DNA from: Camelus ferus
Taxonomy: Eukaryota
Assembly: GCF_009834535.1 (NCBI RefSeq)
Contig: NC_045698.1
Span: 12,030,001 to 12,094,000, forward strand
Direction of reading: 5' to 3'
Length of the DNA: 64,000 nt
Below the pieces are notes generated by a model, which saw nothing but the letters and a program-made list of their open reading frames with translations, searched no databases and was not told the origin of the DNA. Both the position numbers and the translations under genes were made by a program. Below, piece by piece: positions 25,901 to 38,700 of the stretch (positions are counted from its first letter, which is position 1; every line of letters starts with the position of its first letter).

Positions 25901-28370
25901 TGGCAGAGCATTTTGGCAGACCGGGGTAAGGTTTTGCAAATACGGATTTGCTGGAGGGTCCCCCTAGACGAGCCCTCAGCGCAGGGAGGAGAGCAATTTC
26001 ACGGAAAAAAAGAAAGCGCTCCTGTGCTGAGCTCTGAGTGCCAAGATGACAAAGGGTCCATTCTCAGCCTGTCCTTCCAGACTCTTGCCTACTCTTCCTC
26101 TGACCAGTCCCCGCCCACCCCACTGGCCTGTCTTGTCCCTCCAGACGAGAGCACCCACCCTCACGGAGGCTGACCTGCCGGCCCGGGACAGCCGTACAGA
26201 CCAGAAAATCACTGGTTTCCGGAGCCCATGCCGAGGGGCCAGGCACTTGGCGGGCTTCCATGCGTTTTAATCCCCACTGCCACCCCCTGAATTAAACAGC
26301 CTTTCATTCGCCCCACATATCAAAAGTGAAGAAATGAGGCTTTGAGGTTTTTCAACTTGCCCAGGACCAGGTACCATTAAGAGAGCTAGGTTGAGACCCC
26401 AGGGCAGTGAGCCTCGGAGCCCATTCTGTGAATGCCTCCCTTATTCTGCCTGGATGTCCAGGCCTCAGCCAGGCTGCCAGCGGCCAGCATCTGCAGTGGC
26501 AAATCAGAGGGCATGGCAGTGGGTCTCAAACGGTGTGTGGCTGGGACCACAGACCAAAGGCTTTGGCTCTTTGAAGGGAAACGGATGGTGCGAGGCATGG
26601 AGATGGATGCAGGCAGCATGGTGACTTCACGCCCACAGGGCCCTTCATCTGCTAAGGACAGAGTGACATTCCTTCCCCGGGGCTGCAGGCAGGGGCTGCT
26701 ACTTTGGGAGGAAACGCAAGCCGATAAGCGCAGGAATTCTCGTTCCTCAAGTATACCCACACAATACAGAAGACTTCTGCTCTCAAGTCTATTCAAGGAT
26801 CTTCACGGGAAGAACTCAGGATCATCTCATTTTACCAATGTCTGTGGGGTCAAACACAGAGTGGGGAGCAAGGCCAAGGCCGAGCAAGATTTCCGGAGCT
26901 GCAGCGCAGCCCTGACCTCAGAGAGGATTCGGAAACTCAATCCCCCACCCCAGCCGTCCTTAACTACGGCCGGGAGCAGAAGCCCCCGCTCCATGCTGAA
27001 GGCTAAGCTGCCAACCCCAGGGGAAAATGAAGGAGGTGACCGCTTGGGGCAGCGAGAGGATGAGCACGGCTCCTGGGTCCCAGGGAGTCTGTTCTGAGCA
27101 GGGAGGTGGCTTCAGATCAGGGGCTCCTCAACTCCTCACAGAAAACACTAACAGCAGCAGCCGTGACAGCTCCGATGAGCCGGCCACACACCTCCCTGTT
27201 GGATCTGAGCCAAGCCGTCCCAGGGCTCTAGGGGGATTCTATCATTATACCCATTTTAAAGATAAGCACAGTGAGGTAGAGAGAGGTCTGAACTCAAGTC
27301 TGTCATAACCAAGATGACCTGCCTATAGGCATAACCTCTGACCTCCTAAGATGCCCTGCACCCTGCCCGTGAGGTCACCCAGCCCACTTTGGAACTGCAA
27401 GTGCTCCTCTTCAAAGGAAAACTGAGGATTGTAAGAACCTGTTACAGACTCACTTTGTTTTATAAGATTTTTCACATGTGACTGAAACAATCTCCTCAGA
27501 CGTAAAGTTCAGAATATCCCTTTAAGGAGCCTCACCAAATCTCTGCTCTAGAGGCCACTTCCCTGGGGATGGCCCAGCACTTCCCCTCCACACGACCAGG
27601 GACATCCGTAGGGGACACCGAAGCCTGGGGGGAGGCCCTGACCTCACAGTCTATTAGGAGGCACCTGGAGGAAATAAACAAGCTATTTTGTCCTCGCACT
27701 CACGTGCTCTGTCCCAAAGCCAGTGGGGAGAGTCCTTAGAATTCAGCGACTAATCAGGTGATGGGCTGTAAAACACTCCCCTGAATGTCATCAGAGTCCA
27801 GGCATTTGCACCGGGAATCCAGAAATAAGCTGTCACCAAAGGGATGTGTGCCCGCTGGAAATAATCTCCAGAACATGTTTCATAATCTAGGGCCAGGATT
27901 CAGCAAGCCAGACAGGGAAGGTCAAGCCCAGCCCCTCCTCCTGCACACCCAGCTTCATCTCCTGCCTGCCGGGGCCCCGGACCAACCGCCCCTGCTGACT
28001 GCCTGTCCCCAAGCCCCCAAGTCCCTTCCCAACAACCCTCAGGAGGGCCACCTGTCCTGGTACCATGTCCTGCCGAGTCCATTCACTGTCACCGCAGGCA
28101 GACCTCACCCACCGCTTCCTTGACCTGCCTTGAACGTGTTTTGAGTCACCGTCACAATTTAAGAAGCACTGTATTCACCAGACATCTAAGCATCAAGTCA
28201 TTCCTGGTACAGATTCTCCACTTACCAAATATGTCTGAATTGAATGACATGTTTTAAAATAACCTTTCCAAGTAACGTTTGCTCTGAGAAGAAAACGTGA
28301 GTGACACTTTTACATGAACAGATAAGAATTCTGTCCGAGGAAAGTGACCATTCAAATCATTTTTTTTTAC

Positions 28371-28474
28371 CTTACGACTATCTTCTTTGTATTCCTGACT
28401 GCTCTTTGGTCAGGACAAAGGATGTGGCTGCTGATAATACAGACATTCAGTGAGCAGATTTATGAAAATTGGTC
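28371..28474 (-). other. SVIL: 104-nt spliced 5'UTR exon carrying the uORF stop codon
   Basis: Minus strand reads gggttcccgtag|GACCAATTTTCATAAATCTGCTCACTGA...GATAGTCGTAAG|gtaaaa; alternative donor GTC|gtaagg 5 nt upstream; weak polypyrimidine tract. Resembles a recalled human SVIL non-coding exon. Confidence 0.65.
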
Positions 28475-30576
28475 CTACGGGAACCCTTTTTGATGGGGAA
28501 CTAGGGGTCCAAATTGAACAGCCTGGATCTCCCAACTAAAAATGACCAGCAAGATAAGTTTTATTTCCTAGGGCACCAGTCTCTAGCCTACTGACACTTT
28601 TAAAGCACTTGTTAATTTCTTAAGAACAAGTCAATTGCCTCATTACGCTTGTTTATTGAGCAGAGTCATTTGTGAAGTCAATAACTCATAAAACTTGAGA
28701 GGACAAAGTGTACAGATGGGATGGGTTGGAGGGGACTGATGAGGCTTGACTCGGGAACTCCGAATTAACATTTCTGTCACGCAGAAGCTCCCATCTCTGC
28801 AGACACAGGCCAGGGCTAAAGAATGAATTTGCTTCTACCACAAATTCAGTTATTACCAAAAGGATCTGAAACGCTGAGAAGCTGAAACCCTTTGATTCTG
28901 ATCCTGTTAGGAAATTCACAAACCGGTGAATGATTCACTCTGGCTGTAGGAAAATCAAATCTGGGAGAGGTTTAGGCCGGTTAATGAATAATCTGGAACT
29001 AACTGATGATTATGTAACAGGGGGATGGAAGGAAAGGGATAGCGGGGTGCCTGTGCCCCACACACATGGGTGCTGGGCACTCACATTCATCAGCTCACAC
29101 AGGCTCCACGGAACCAATGAGAAATGACCTTCCTGAGACAGAAAGAGGACACTTTTCATGGTTGGATAACACGTCCTATGTGTCTTTTGGGGGGACTCAA
29201 GGAGCAGAGCAGTTGTGTAACAGGGATGATTCAGAACAACTAAAGGGATCAAAGGCATCAGTTCCATCAAGTGACAAGTAAACAGTGCGTATATTCTCCG
29301 TGGCGTCACTGCTCTTGAGAGATTCCAGGACGAACACCACCTTCCTCCCAGCCCTGCCCCCAAGCTCACACGTTTGAAGAGACACGGGCTGATCGTGACT
29401 TTCTTTCATATTTCATCAGCTGAAACAATCTGCCTCGATTTCACACTTGATTTTGCCCTTAGAAACGCAAATGTAAAGCTCGAGCACGCAGGTTTCACAA
29501 TCAAAGCTAATCTACATGCCTATGGTTTCTTGTTTCAAGAAAAACTCAGTGAGGCAGTGATTATTTTATTTAAACACAGGGTACGTGTGTGCAGGGGCCA
29601 TTGAGGTCTGAGGGCTGAGGGCAGAAAGGTATAGAGTTTCTAAAATAACAGCTTTATTGAGATAACATTTTCAGAAAATAAACTGCATGTGCTTAAAGCA
29701 CACAATCTGGTGAGTTCCGACTGGTGATTACCCCCGTGAAGCCACCAGCAGAAACAAGATGCAGAACATGTCCGACGCCCACCTACAAAACAGCTGCCCA
29801 CCCACAAAACACCTGCCCACCCTGCTCACTGCAGACCAGTAATGGTACTGGGGGAAAAGGCACCCCACCCGACTCCTACCTGGAGGCTTTTCAGTTGGGG
29901 GTGGGGAGGGGAGGTGCACTAAAGTACGTGTGTCTTTTGTTTCGCTCAACTATATACAACAGAAGCAGGTGAACGGGCTTTAGAAAGACAGAAGACAGGC
30001 CTGGGGGTGGGGGGTTCTCAGCATTACAACCTGTTCTCCAACCTCCCAGCCCTCTTCAGTGGTTGCTTTTACAACATGCAAACAGGAAAGCCAAGAGCCA
30101 TGCCCTGGCAAACCAGCTCAGAACTCAGGTCTACACTGTCGGTCTCTGTGCTGTGCCTCCATAAAGCGTCTTTTCCTTTTTTAAATGTATAACACATTAC
30201 TCTCAAAAGTCAAAGGACCCTTTAATCATTTTGACCAAAAATACGTGCCACACAGCACAAGTGAAGGGACATCTCAGCCACATGGAAGGGTGTCAGAGCT
30301 AGATCTGGAATTAGCCTTAGAAAGTTTTATAAAATTCCTGCTGGCATCTAAACAGAACAGCTCCTACTCCCATTTCTGTCCTCATTCATGTACTGGTATT
30401 GACTGCCGTACCCGCTTTGTTTTCCTTTAAACAGCTTTATTGCCGAGGACACACAGTACACTGTGCATATTTAACGTGCACCATTTGATAACTTTTGACA
30501 CACCCACGAAACCATCACTAAAATCAACACAATAAACAATTCCATTGCCTTTCCAAAGTTTCATGGTGCCCTTTTT

Positions 30577-30824
30577 TTTAACTGAAGTATAATTGATTTA
30601 CAATGTTTCAGGTGTACAGCAGAGTGATTCAGCCCAACGCCCACCAATATATATTTCAGAATATATATATTTTTTCAAACTTTTTTTTCCCACTATAGGT
30701 TATTATAAGATATTGGATATAGTTCCCTGTGTTATATGGTAGGACCTTGTTGTTTACATATTTGACATATAGTAGTGTGTCTCTGTTAATCCCAAATTCC
30801 AAATTTATCCCTTCTCCTCCCACA
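30577..30824 (-). mobile_element. Younger L1 3' end nested in older L1
   Basis: actgaagtataattgatttacaatgtt...; TSD TGCCCTTTTT at 30567-30576 and 30825-30834. Confidence 0.8.
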
Positions 30825-30988
30825 TGCCCTTTTTAACACCTCCCTCTTGCCCTTCCCTGCCCTGCTCCCCCCTAATCCGTTCCAAGGCAAGGACTGATCT
30901 GCAGATTTCTGTAACTTCAGATTACTTTGCATTTTAAAATCTTCATACAAATGAAATCATGTACCTTTTTTTTTTGTCTGGCTTCTTT

Positions 30989-31018
30989 TTTCAGTCTATA
31001 CGCTGCCGAAGTGAGCGC
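30989..31018 (-). pseudogene. 3'-truncated (tailless) U6 snRNA retrocopy, U6 nt ~1-30
   Basis: Minus strand GCGCTCACTTCGGCAGCGTATAGACTGAAA vs U6 GTGCTCGCTTCGGCAGCACATATACTAAAA (24/30 by hand alignment); flanked by TSD GTCTGGCTTCTTTT at 30976-30989 and 31020-31033. Confidence 0.8.
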
Positions 31019-32090
31019 AGTCTGGCTTCTTTTATTTAATATAATTAGTTTGAGATTCATCCAAGTTGTTCCATTAATTCATTCCTTTCCACTATAGAGC
31101 AGCATTCACTGTACGGAGAGACACCATTTACTCATCTCTTCACCTGTCAATGGACAGTTTTTGGCTATTACAAAGAACGCCGCCATGAACAATCACGTCC
31201 AAGACTTGGTGTGGATACATTTCACTTTTCTTGGGTAAATGCCTCGGAGTGGAATGGCTGAATCACATGGTCGGCATTTGTTTATCTTTTGAAGAACCTG
31301 CCCGGCTGTTTCAGCAAACGGTTGTACAGTCTGACATTCATTGCCACCTGCAGAATATGAGAATGGCAGCTGCTCCACATCCTCACAGCACTGGGTATGG
31401 TCGGGCTTTTTAAGTTTTGGCCATTCAGAGAGGGGTGGTGGCATGTCATTGTGCTTTTAATTTGCAGTTCTAATGAGTAATGATGGTGAGCATCTTTTCA
31501 TGTATTTATCTTTGTTGAAGTATCTGTTCAGATCACTTGGGCTTTTTTTATTGGGTTGTTTGTTTACATATTCAGCTTTAGTTCTTCATGTACTCTGGAT
31601 ACAAATCTTTGGTCAGATATATGATTTGCAAAACTTTCTCCCAACCTGTGCCTCCCTAACTTTTCATTCCCTCAGCAGTGCCTGCTAAGGAGCCAAGGTT
31701 TTCATCCTGATGGAGTCCACCTTGTCATGTTTCCTTTCATGGATCATGCCTGCTGTACTGGATCCAAAAAAATCCTTCTTTACCCTGGGGGTTGTGAAAA
31801 TTTTTGCCTATGTTTTCTTCTGGAGGTTTTACAGATTTAGGTTTATATTTAGGCCTATGTTTTAACACCTTTTTAAATTAATTTTTGTGTGTGGTACAAG
31901 GTATGGATCAAAGTCTAGGTTTTTGCATATGGATATTCAACTTTTCCAGCATCATTTGTTAAAAAGTCACCTTTTCTCCACTGAACTGCTTGTCGAAAAC
32001 TGGTTGTCACACATATGTTGAGTCTACTGCTGGACTCTCTACTTTGGTCTACTGACTTCTTTACCACATTGCCTTGATCATCGTAGCTTT

Positions 32091-32110
32091 AAAAAAATAC
32101 ATATCCATCC

Positions 32111-32164
<54 letters not shown>

Positions 32165-32260
32165 TTATTTATTTATATAAATGGGGGTGCTGGGGATTGA
32201 ACCCAGGACCTCGTGCATGCTAAGCATGTGCTCTGTCACTGAGCTATACCCTCACCCTAG
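32091..32260 (-). mobile_element. Camelid tRNA-derived SINE (Vic-1 type) with microsatellite tail, at the end of an old L1 fragment
   Basis: Reverse complement GGGTGAGGGTATAGCTCAGTGACAGAGCACATGCTTAGCATGCACGAGGTCCTGGGTTCAATCCCC; TSD C(G/A)TAGCTTT at 32082-32090 and 32261-32269. Confidence 0.9.
32111..32162 (+). repeat. (ATCT)13 microsatellite, flanked by (ATCC)2 and (ATTT)3
   Basis: Read directly. Confidence 0.95.
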
Positions 32261-35251
32261 CATAGCTTTTAAAGAAGCCTGTTTACTTTGTTTAGTCAGT
32301 AAGGAAACTGAGGCCCAAGAGTCGAACTAGTTCAAGGACCAAGGTGTCTCCCTTCCACTGGCGCCATTATTATCTCCTAAGATTTAATGACTTTACATGC
32401 AACGAGAAATTCTATGCCAAGAAAAAATTAGCTGATATGATAGATCAACATATTTTTACCAAAATGCAGTCTCACTTTTGTGATGAAAACAAGCTTTAAA
32501 TTTATGGAAAATGAGTTTTTAGCAAGCACAAAGTAGTATGTTCCTGTCACAAAAAGCATAGCTCTCCAATATTTAGAGATGCCCGCCCACCACACTGCCT
32601 GATGGGCAGGGCTCCCTTCCCTCCAGCTCAGGTCCCCCCACCAGCCCTGACCATCTCTAATTCTTGCACACCGATGACACCAACATTCTGTTTGCTTCTT
32701 CATTGTTCGCATGTGATGGAAACATTTTAAATTCTTAACTATACCTTTATTTGCCCATGTACCGTTTAAGAAACTATGTTCTGGGAAAGGAAATACAAGC
32801 TGTTTGGTATAGGGCGCAGCAAGGTGTGGAGTTAGAGCCAGTGGCTTTGCAGGGGAGGCGGGCATGGGTGGATATCTTTGGCCCTCCATCACTTTGGTCA
32901 AGTTAGTTAACCAAGCTGTGGTGTCCTTGCCTTTTAAACCAGGCTAACACTTCCTTCCTCGTGAACTGCCATGACGCTAAATCAGGTAATGGTGAAAGCA
33001 TTTAGCCCAGTGCCTGCAAATATTAGGCACTAACAGATGACAGTTCTTAGCAGTTACCATCATCATCACCCAGGAGCCGCCTGCCTCCTCAACTGCCCCG
33101 CACTGTACTCCAAGCCCCCCATCAGCTCCCCCTGATTCCTGGGGTGCCTTCCTGCTGCTTCTTCTGTTCCTGGCCATTTTCCAGCTCCTGGTTCCTTACA
33201 TTTCTTCCAGCTTCCATGTGATACTCTGAGTCCAAATAGTAATCCCTTCTTCACGAATGCTGGATGGGGGGGTATCTGTTTGTTGTCACCGCAGAAGCTT
33301 CCAGGGAAAGACCGGTAACTTGGCTCCTCCACACTCATGGTTCTCCCTGTCCACGATGCTACTCCTGGTCATTTGCAGCACTGTCACTCCAGGGGACTGG
33401 GGGAGCGTACTGGACCAGAGGCATTCCTGGGCATCGTCCAGGCAGTGAGCTAAAAACCCCCATCCCTCAACGAGAGAATCTAAACCAGCCTAGTCTTCAC
33501 AGGTCATAAAAAGCAAAGCTATTCGAGTCAATGATTAAAATCCCAAGAGGAAAAAAAAAATAAAGACATTTCCTTTGGTACCTCTGTGTTTCCACTGCAG
33601 GAGCCTGGAAATTCATATTCTTAATAAAGAAACATTCAACATTTGAAAAGAGGTGTGCGGTTAGAAGCAACACGTTACTTCAAAGATGCTTTTATAGTTT
33701 AACTGAGATAATATTATAACAAGTGATTGGAAAATAGGAATAAAATAGGGTGCGGATTCACTATACGTAAAAATTAAGATCATATTGACCAACGTGTACA
33801 AAATAAATTTGGTGGCCTACTTCAAGGATCCATCCCTTTCTTTTTTCTTACTGTGTCTTAAAATGACTGTTTCTATGAGCAAAACAGAATCAATCTAAAT
33901 ATAACCATGGACTGCCTCCCCTCAAGGCATAATGTACCAATGAAACCTTTTTCTGATGATGTAATACAGCTATTTTCAGTCTGGTGCCCATGACTCTCTC
34001 TTTTCATGTAGAGCAAATGGCAACAGAATCTCTTCAGAATGACTGAAAAGGTGAACTGACAGCTTCAGCTCTGCCTGGCAATGTACAGCTCTTATCTGAA
34101 CTATCTCTCTGATGTTTGAGAACCGTACCCCTTGTTCCAACACCAAGGGGAATGCAGTAAAATCTGGACAGACTTCGTGGCGCTGTGCTAGCTGCCCGGC
34201 GGGTGCCTGACACACAGCAGGCGTTTACTAACTGTTGGAAGAACGGAGCCACTGGCTCAAGCGCAGGACCCACCGGGGCCGGTGGCCCCAGAGTTTAAGC
34301 AGGGATCCAAAGCAGCAGCTCTGTGAGAGCCCTAGAGGGTGACCATGGAAACCGTCACCTCCTCTGCTCTAGTCACCGCCCGGAAGGCTGACATTTGTCA
34401 AGTGTTCCATCCCTTTACAAATAGCACAAGAAGTTCAAGTGAAGTATTCCAGAGTCAGGCCGAAGAGGGCAGATATTTTATGGAGGGAAAGCGCAGAGGG
34501 CTAAGAACTCCCAAACAGGAAACGGGAGAACTGGTTTCCGTAGAGTAGAAGGAACGTTTCTCATACAATCCACACTTGCTTTCCACCATCCTCTTGCAGA
34601 GCCCAGCACACAGCTGGCTCTCTGTTAACGTCTGCTGAATAACCATGAGTGTGTTACCAACAATGGGCACTTAATTTATGATCCTGAAACAATAACTCTC
34701 ATCTCAGCTGCATTCATTTTGGCTACAGAACGAGATGGATGGTTTCGCCAAAGGACTTAACTGGGTCTTCCAAGTTCCCCATTCAATGTGTACAATGAGC
34801 CCCTCCCATAAATATGAAGGTCTACCATATGTTCACTTCTGTAACAGCAGGTTTTACAAAGCCTTTTAGCTCTGACTACATGAAGACACAAATGTGGCAT
34901 CGACATCATGTCGAACTTTCCAATAATTTCACATCCTGAAATTTCTGCTGGGTAAAATTGTTCTGGTTTTGAAAGGCAGGAGAATGGGAAGGTGTTAAGT
35001 AAATGCCTTAAAATTTATGTTGGATAAAACTAATAATTATGGCCCAAAATTCAAGAAGCACTTAAAAGATACTGAGGGTTAGGAAAAGATAAAGCAGCCA
35101 TTTTCAAAAATAAATAGGGAGACTGGACTTTTAGGCTTATATCCCATAACTGAAAAATATGCACACATATCAAAAAATACTCTGAACATAGACATAGAAT
35201 AAAGATCAATATAATTGTATGAAAAGTATTCTGACCTAATAAAAAATTTAA

Positions 35252-35645
35252 TGGCAGATTAAGTTATGAGTCCCAATTCTTCACTCCCTGTAGTAGTGTT
35301 AGTTGTCCACACCCTTGCCATGGCCCATGGTGACCAGATGTATTCCTCTCTTCTTGGCTTTGGGGCCAACTGTGTATTAACAGGCAGAAACCTGAAATGT
35401 GCCTGAATGATTGGTGTTTCTCCAGCCTTAGTCCATGAAAACAACATGCCTTAGATATCTCTGGTCCAACGAGGCCAAAAGACTGATGAACAGGTCTGGA
35501 TGCACCCAAAACTTGGAGCAATGTCCAGCCCAAACCAGATGAACCCCAGCCAACCTACAGACACACAAGTGAGAAATAAATGCTGGCTGTGTGCCACTGA
35601 GATTTCTTTTTATGCATGTTTGTTACACAGCAATTCCTGACTGTG
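35252..35645 (+). mobile_element. MaLR MLT1 (I/J-like) LTR
   Basis: ccagccaacctacagacacacaagtgagaaataaatgctggctgtgtgccactgagattt...tttgttacacagcaat. Confidence 0.65.
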
Positions 35646-37874
35646 ATCAATCCTTACATAATAAAGAAAGAAGTGGGGCAAATTAGGGAACCACATGCAT
35701 TCATCATCAATGCTGTTTCTGTTTGGTTTCACAGGAACCGCTGATTAAGAAAAATGTGACAGGATCTGGAGAGCACTGTATTACAGCCTCTTTGACCAAA
35801 AGTACTTTATATAGATCCACTTTTATATTTTGTCTGGATTCTCTCCTCCTGTAACATGAAGGAGCCAGGATCTGTCAGACTTCAGGGCTGATCAGTTAAC
35901 AGCTCTGCCGGTGATACTGACTTGATGTTAGGTGACCTGCCAGATGAAAACTCCTCCCCTCGGTCCCTACCACAAAACCAGACCCAATCAAGTGACTATA
36001 AAGTTATCTTCCAAAAGTGTCAAAATGTAAATGATGGAAAGCAGTGTGTGACTGAAAACGGTTTAGCCCCCTATGGTCCACACTGAAGTATCCACCACAT
36101 CCCTTGAAATAACTCCTGCAATTCAGGAGTCCCAGAGCTCAACAGTAACAGGCAGGAGAGGGTGTCCAAAAAGAAGAAAGTGTTTCTTTCCTGTATGTAA
36201 GAGGGTCATGAGATGCTAGAACTATTTAACCAAAAGGCCTAGCAAATAATCCCTTCTCCAGGAATCTGAGTGCTGGACAGATTACCTCTATGATTCTGTT
36301 TCATTAAGCTCTTTCTCAGAGGCTTGGATTACCTGTAGCTTCATCCTCTCTCGTTCTGCATTCTTTAGGAATTTGATCAACCAAATAATTCCCTTTTCTT
36401 ACCCTCATTATTAAATCCAAAAGGGCGAAACGGGGGAGACAGGCAGGAGGAGAACCTGAAGTCAAGAGGTCACGCAGTCTAGGTAATGAGCTCAGGCAAC
36501 ATCCAGCCTCATCCACTTCTCACTGTCCCCCTCCTGCTTCTCGAATCACTTCTTTAGCAGAGGAAAGCTTTTTTCTACTCTAGAAATCAGCCAGCAGTAT
36601 CAGGAGGGAAAGATTTTAGCCAACTACCTTCCTGCTACTGATTAAATTATCAGCCCCATATTCTAAACAGCAGGAGAAAATTCATCTATTGGAAGCCTTG
36701 TATAATTTCACTGCTGGAGGACTTTCAGGCCTTGAAGAAAGAACAACGACAGATTTCCAAGTCGATCTCTAACTTTGCAGGTGCCCTACACAAAGAGCAC
36801 AAATTCTTGAACCAGGGTCACTTCTCCCCTTCCATTAGGGAAGGAGAAACTCAATCACCTATGTATTCATTGAACAGCTCACACATGGGCAAGATCGTGG
36901 AGAAGGACAGTCTTTCCTCTTTCAGTTTACTGAGGACCTAGATTGGACGTTCCTGTTTTGACCCCTAATCAATTTCAGATCCATTTCTCAATTTAAAAAT
37001 ACAAATTTCTTCTTCATTTAAAGATCCTCTCAATTACTGAGTTTTCATTACATATTCCAAGTATGGTGCATCCATTAAAAGCCCTTTAAAGGAAATGATT
37101 TCATGCCAACTTAGCCCCAGGAAAACGCACAATTTATTCAAAATAAACATCCATTTCTGACTTGGGGATATTTAGCTTGATAAGCTTTGGAGTTCAGTTC
37201 GTTTTCTTTCCAGCGCAGATGACTCCTGAGTCATGACTGAAAATATCACTCGTTTTAATAAAGGCAACAACTGATCAAAAAAAAAAAAAAACCCACAAAC
37301 ATCAAGGAAAAGATCCTTTAAAATGTATTTTCAGTGGAAGTAAAAATATTATTCAAAAGCTAAAAGTGGGACTTTAAGAGAAAATACTGAAAGCACTCCT
37401 TGCACTTTAAATGACATTAGACGGCTCTGAAAGTTATAGTTTAAAAATACTCTCCAAGAACACAAGCCAAATGACTGCAGGATTATAAGTTCTCTCTCCC
37501 AGTTGTTCAGGTATTAAAAACAGGCACAAGTAAGAATAGCCTTCAAAAAAATGAACACAGCACAGGAGTGATGCAATCTCCACCAGGACGGGTACACCAC
37601 CATGGACTTTTTCCTCCTTTTCTGAAATAGCTCTAAATAATGTTGTTTCCCTCATTCCCCTCCTTCCTGCACACTCCTTCCTCTCTAAAAAAATTTAAAA
37701 GGAAACATGATGACTAAAATGACATGTGAAGGGCACATTCTTGGGTTCCTCCTTTAGAAGCAATGCTCTTGCTGCTGGAGGCGCCGAGGCTGCCTAGAAT
37801 CCAGCCTCCCCAGCAGGCATTCCAGCACTTGCAGAGTTATCTCACACTATCTTTAATTTTCCAGGAGAGATTTA

Positions 37875-38696
37875 TGGATGATAAGCAAAGCCAGTCACCT
37901 GCCTGGGTCCGCCTCTCCCCCAGACATCATCCTGCCCCCTAGAGACAGCCTAGACTCTCCTTGCAAGTTCTACACAGCAACCAAGCAGCACGGACCAAGC
38001 AGGACCGCCCTGTCATGGGCCTCTTCCCCTCCTCTCTACATACCGAGCAGGACCCTGCAGGGCCTTCCCAGGATGGACCCCTCCCCACATTCTCCGCTGT
38101 AGCTCCTCTCTGAAGTACTCAGATAACAGGATCTCATGCATGTTTCCTGAGTTTTTCAGATGCTGAAAACCACCACCAAAGGGAAGAAATTAACTACTTG
38201 ATGATCAAGAGCCCATGGCCAATGGACCTTCTGGCGCCTAGGGGTTGACAGTGTTGACCGCCCTGTTCCCTCCACATCAACCGGTCAGAGAATTGTGCAC
38301 ACAAGAGCTGATCACATTACCTGCGACCCCTCTCCCTTACCTGGACTTAAAATATGCTTTTCTGAGAAGAGGGGGCCATAATAGCTCAGTGGTAGAGTAC
38401 ATGTCTAGCATGCATGAGGTCCTGGGTTCAATCCCCAGTACCTCCATTTAAAAAATTAAGTAAATAAATAAATAAACAAACCTAATTACCTCCTCCCTTC
38501 AAAAAATAAGTAAAATAAAAATTTTAAATATATGCTTTTCTGAAACCCTTGGGGAAGTTTGGGGTTTTCCTGGGCATGAGCCACCCCATCCTCTTTGCTC
38601 AACCCTGTAATAAACCTTTCTCTTCTCCCATCTCCGCCATTTTCAGTTTGTTTGGCCTCACAGTGCAACAGGCAAACAAAATTATGTTCAGTAACA
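37875..38696 (+). mobile_element. ERV1-type solo LTR interrupted by a SINE
   Basis: AATAAA 38609-38614, U5-like tail ending gtaaca at 38696; TTTA duplicated at 37871-37874 and 38697-38700. Confidence 0.7.
38366..38529 (+). mobile_element. Camelid tRNA-derived SINE (Vic-1 type) inserted in an LTR
   Basis: ATAGCTCAGTGGTAGAG...GGTTCAATCCCCAGTACCTCC, A-rich tail; perfect 14-bp TSD ATATGCTTTTCTGA at 38352-38365 and 38530-38543. Confidence 0.92.
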
Positions 38697-38700
38697 TTTA

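Larger units (their letters stand above)
30420..32085 (-). mobile_element. Old L1 (L1MB/L1ME-like) 3' region hosting later insertions
   Basis: aacagctttattg...ttgagattcatccaagttgtt...agtaatgatggtgagcatcttttcatgt...ttgcatatggatattcaacttttccagcatcatttgtt. Confidence 0.8.

Noticed and set aside
26432..27097. Longest ORF (221 aa, + strand)
   Set aside because: No recognisable domain, Ser/Arg/Gly/Pro composition typical of GC-rich non-coding DNA, and overlapping ORFs in other frames and on the other strand.
38381..38445. tRNA-like sequence (also in the other three SINE heads)
   Set aside because: A-rich tails and TSDs show these are SINEs, not tRNA genes.
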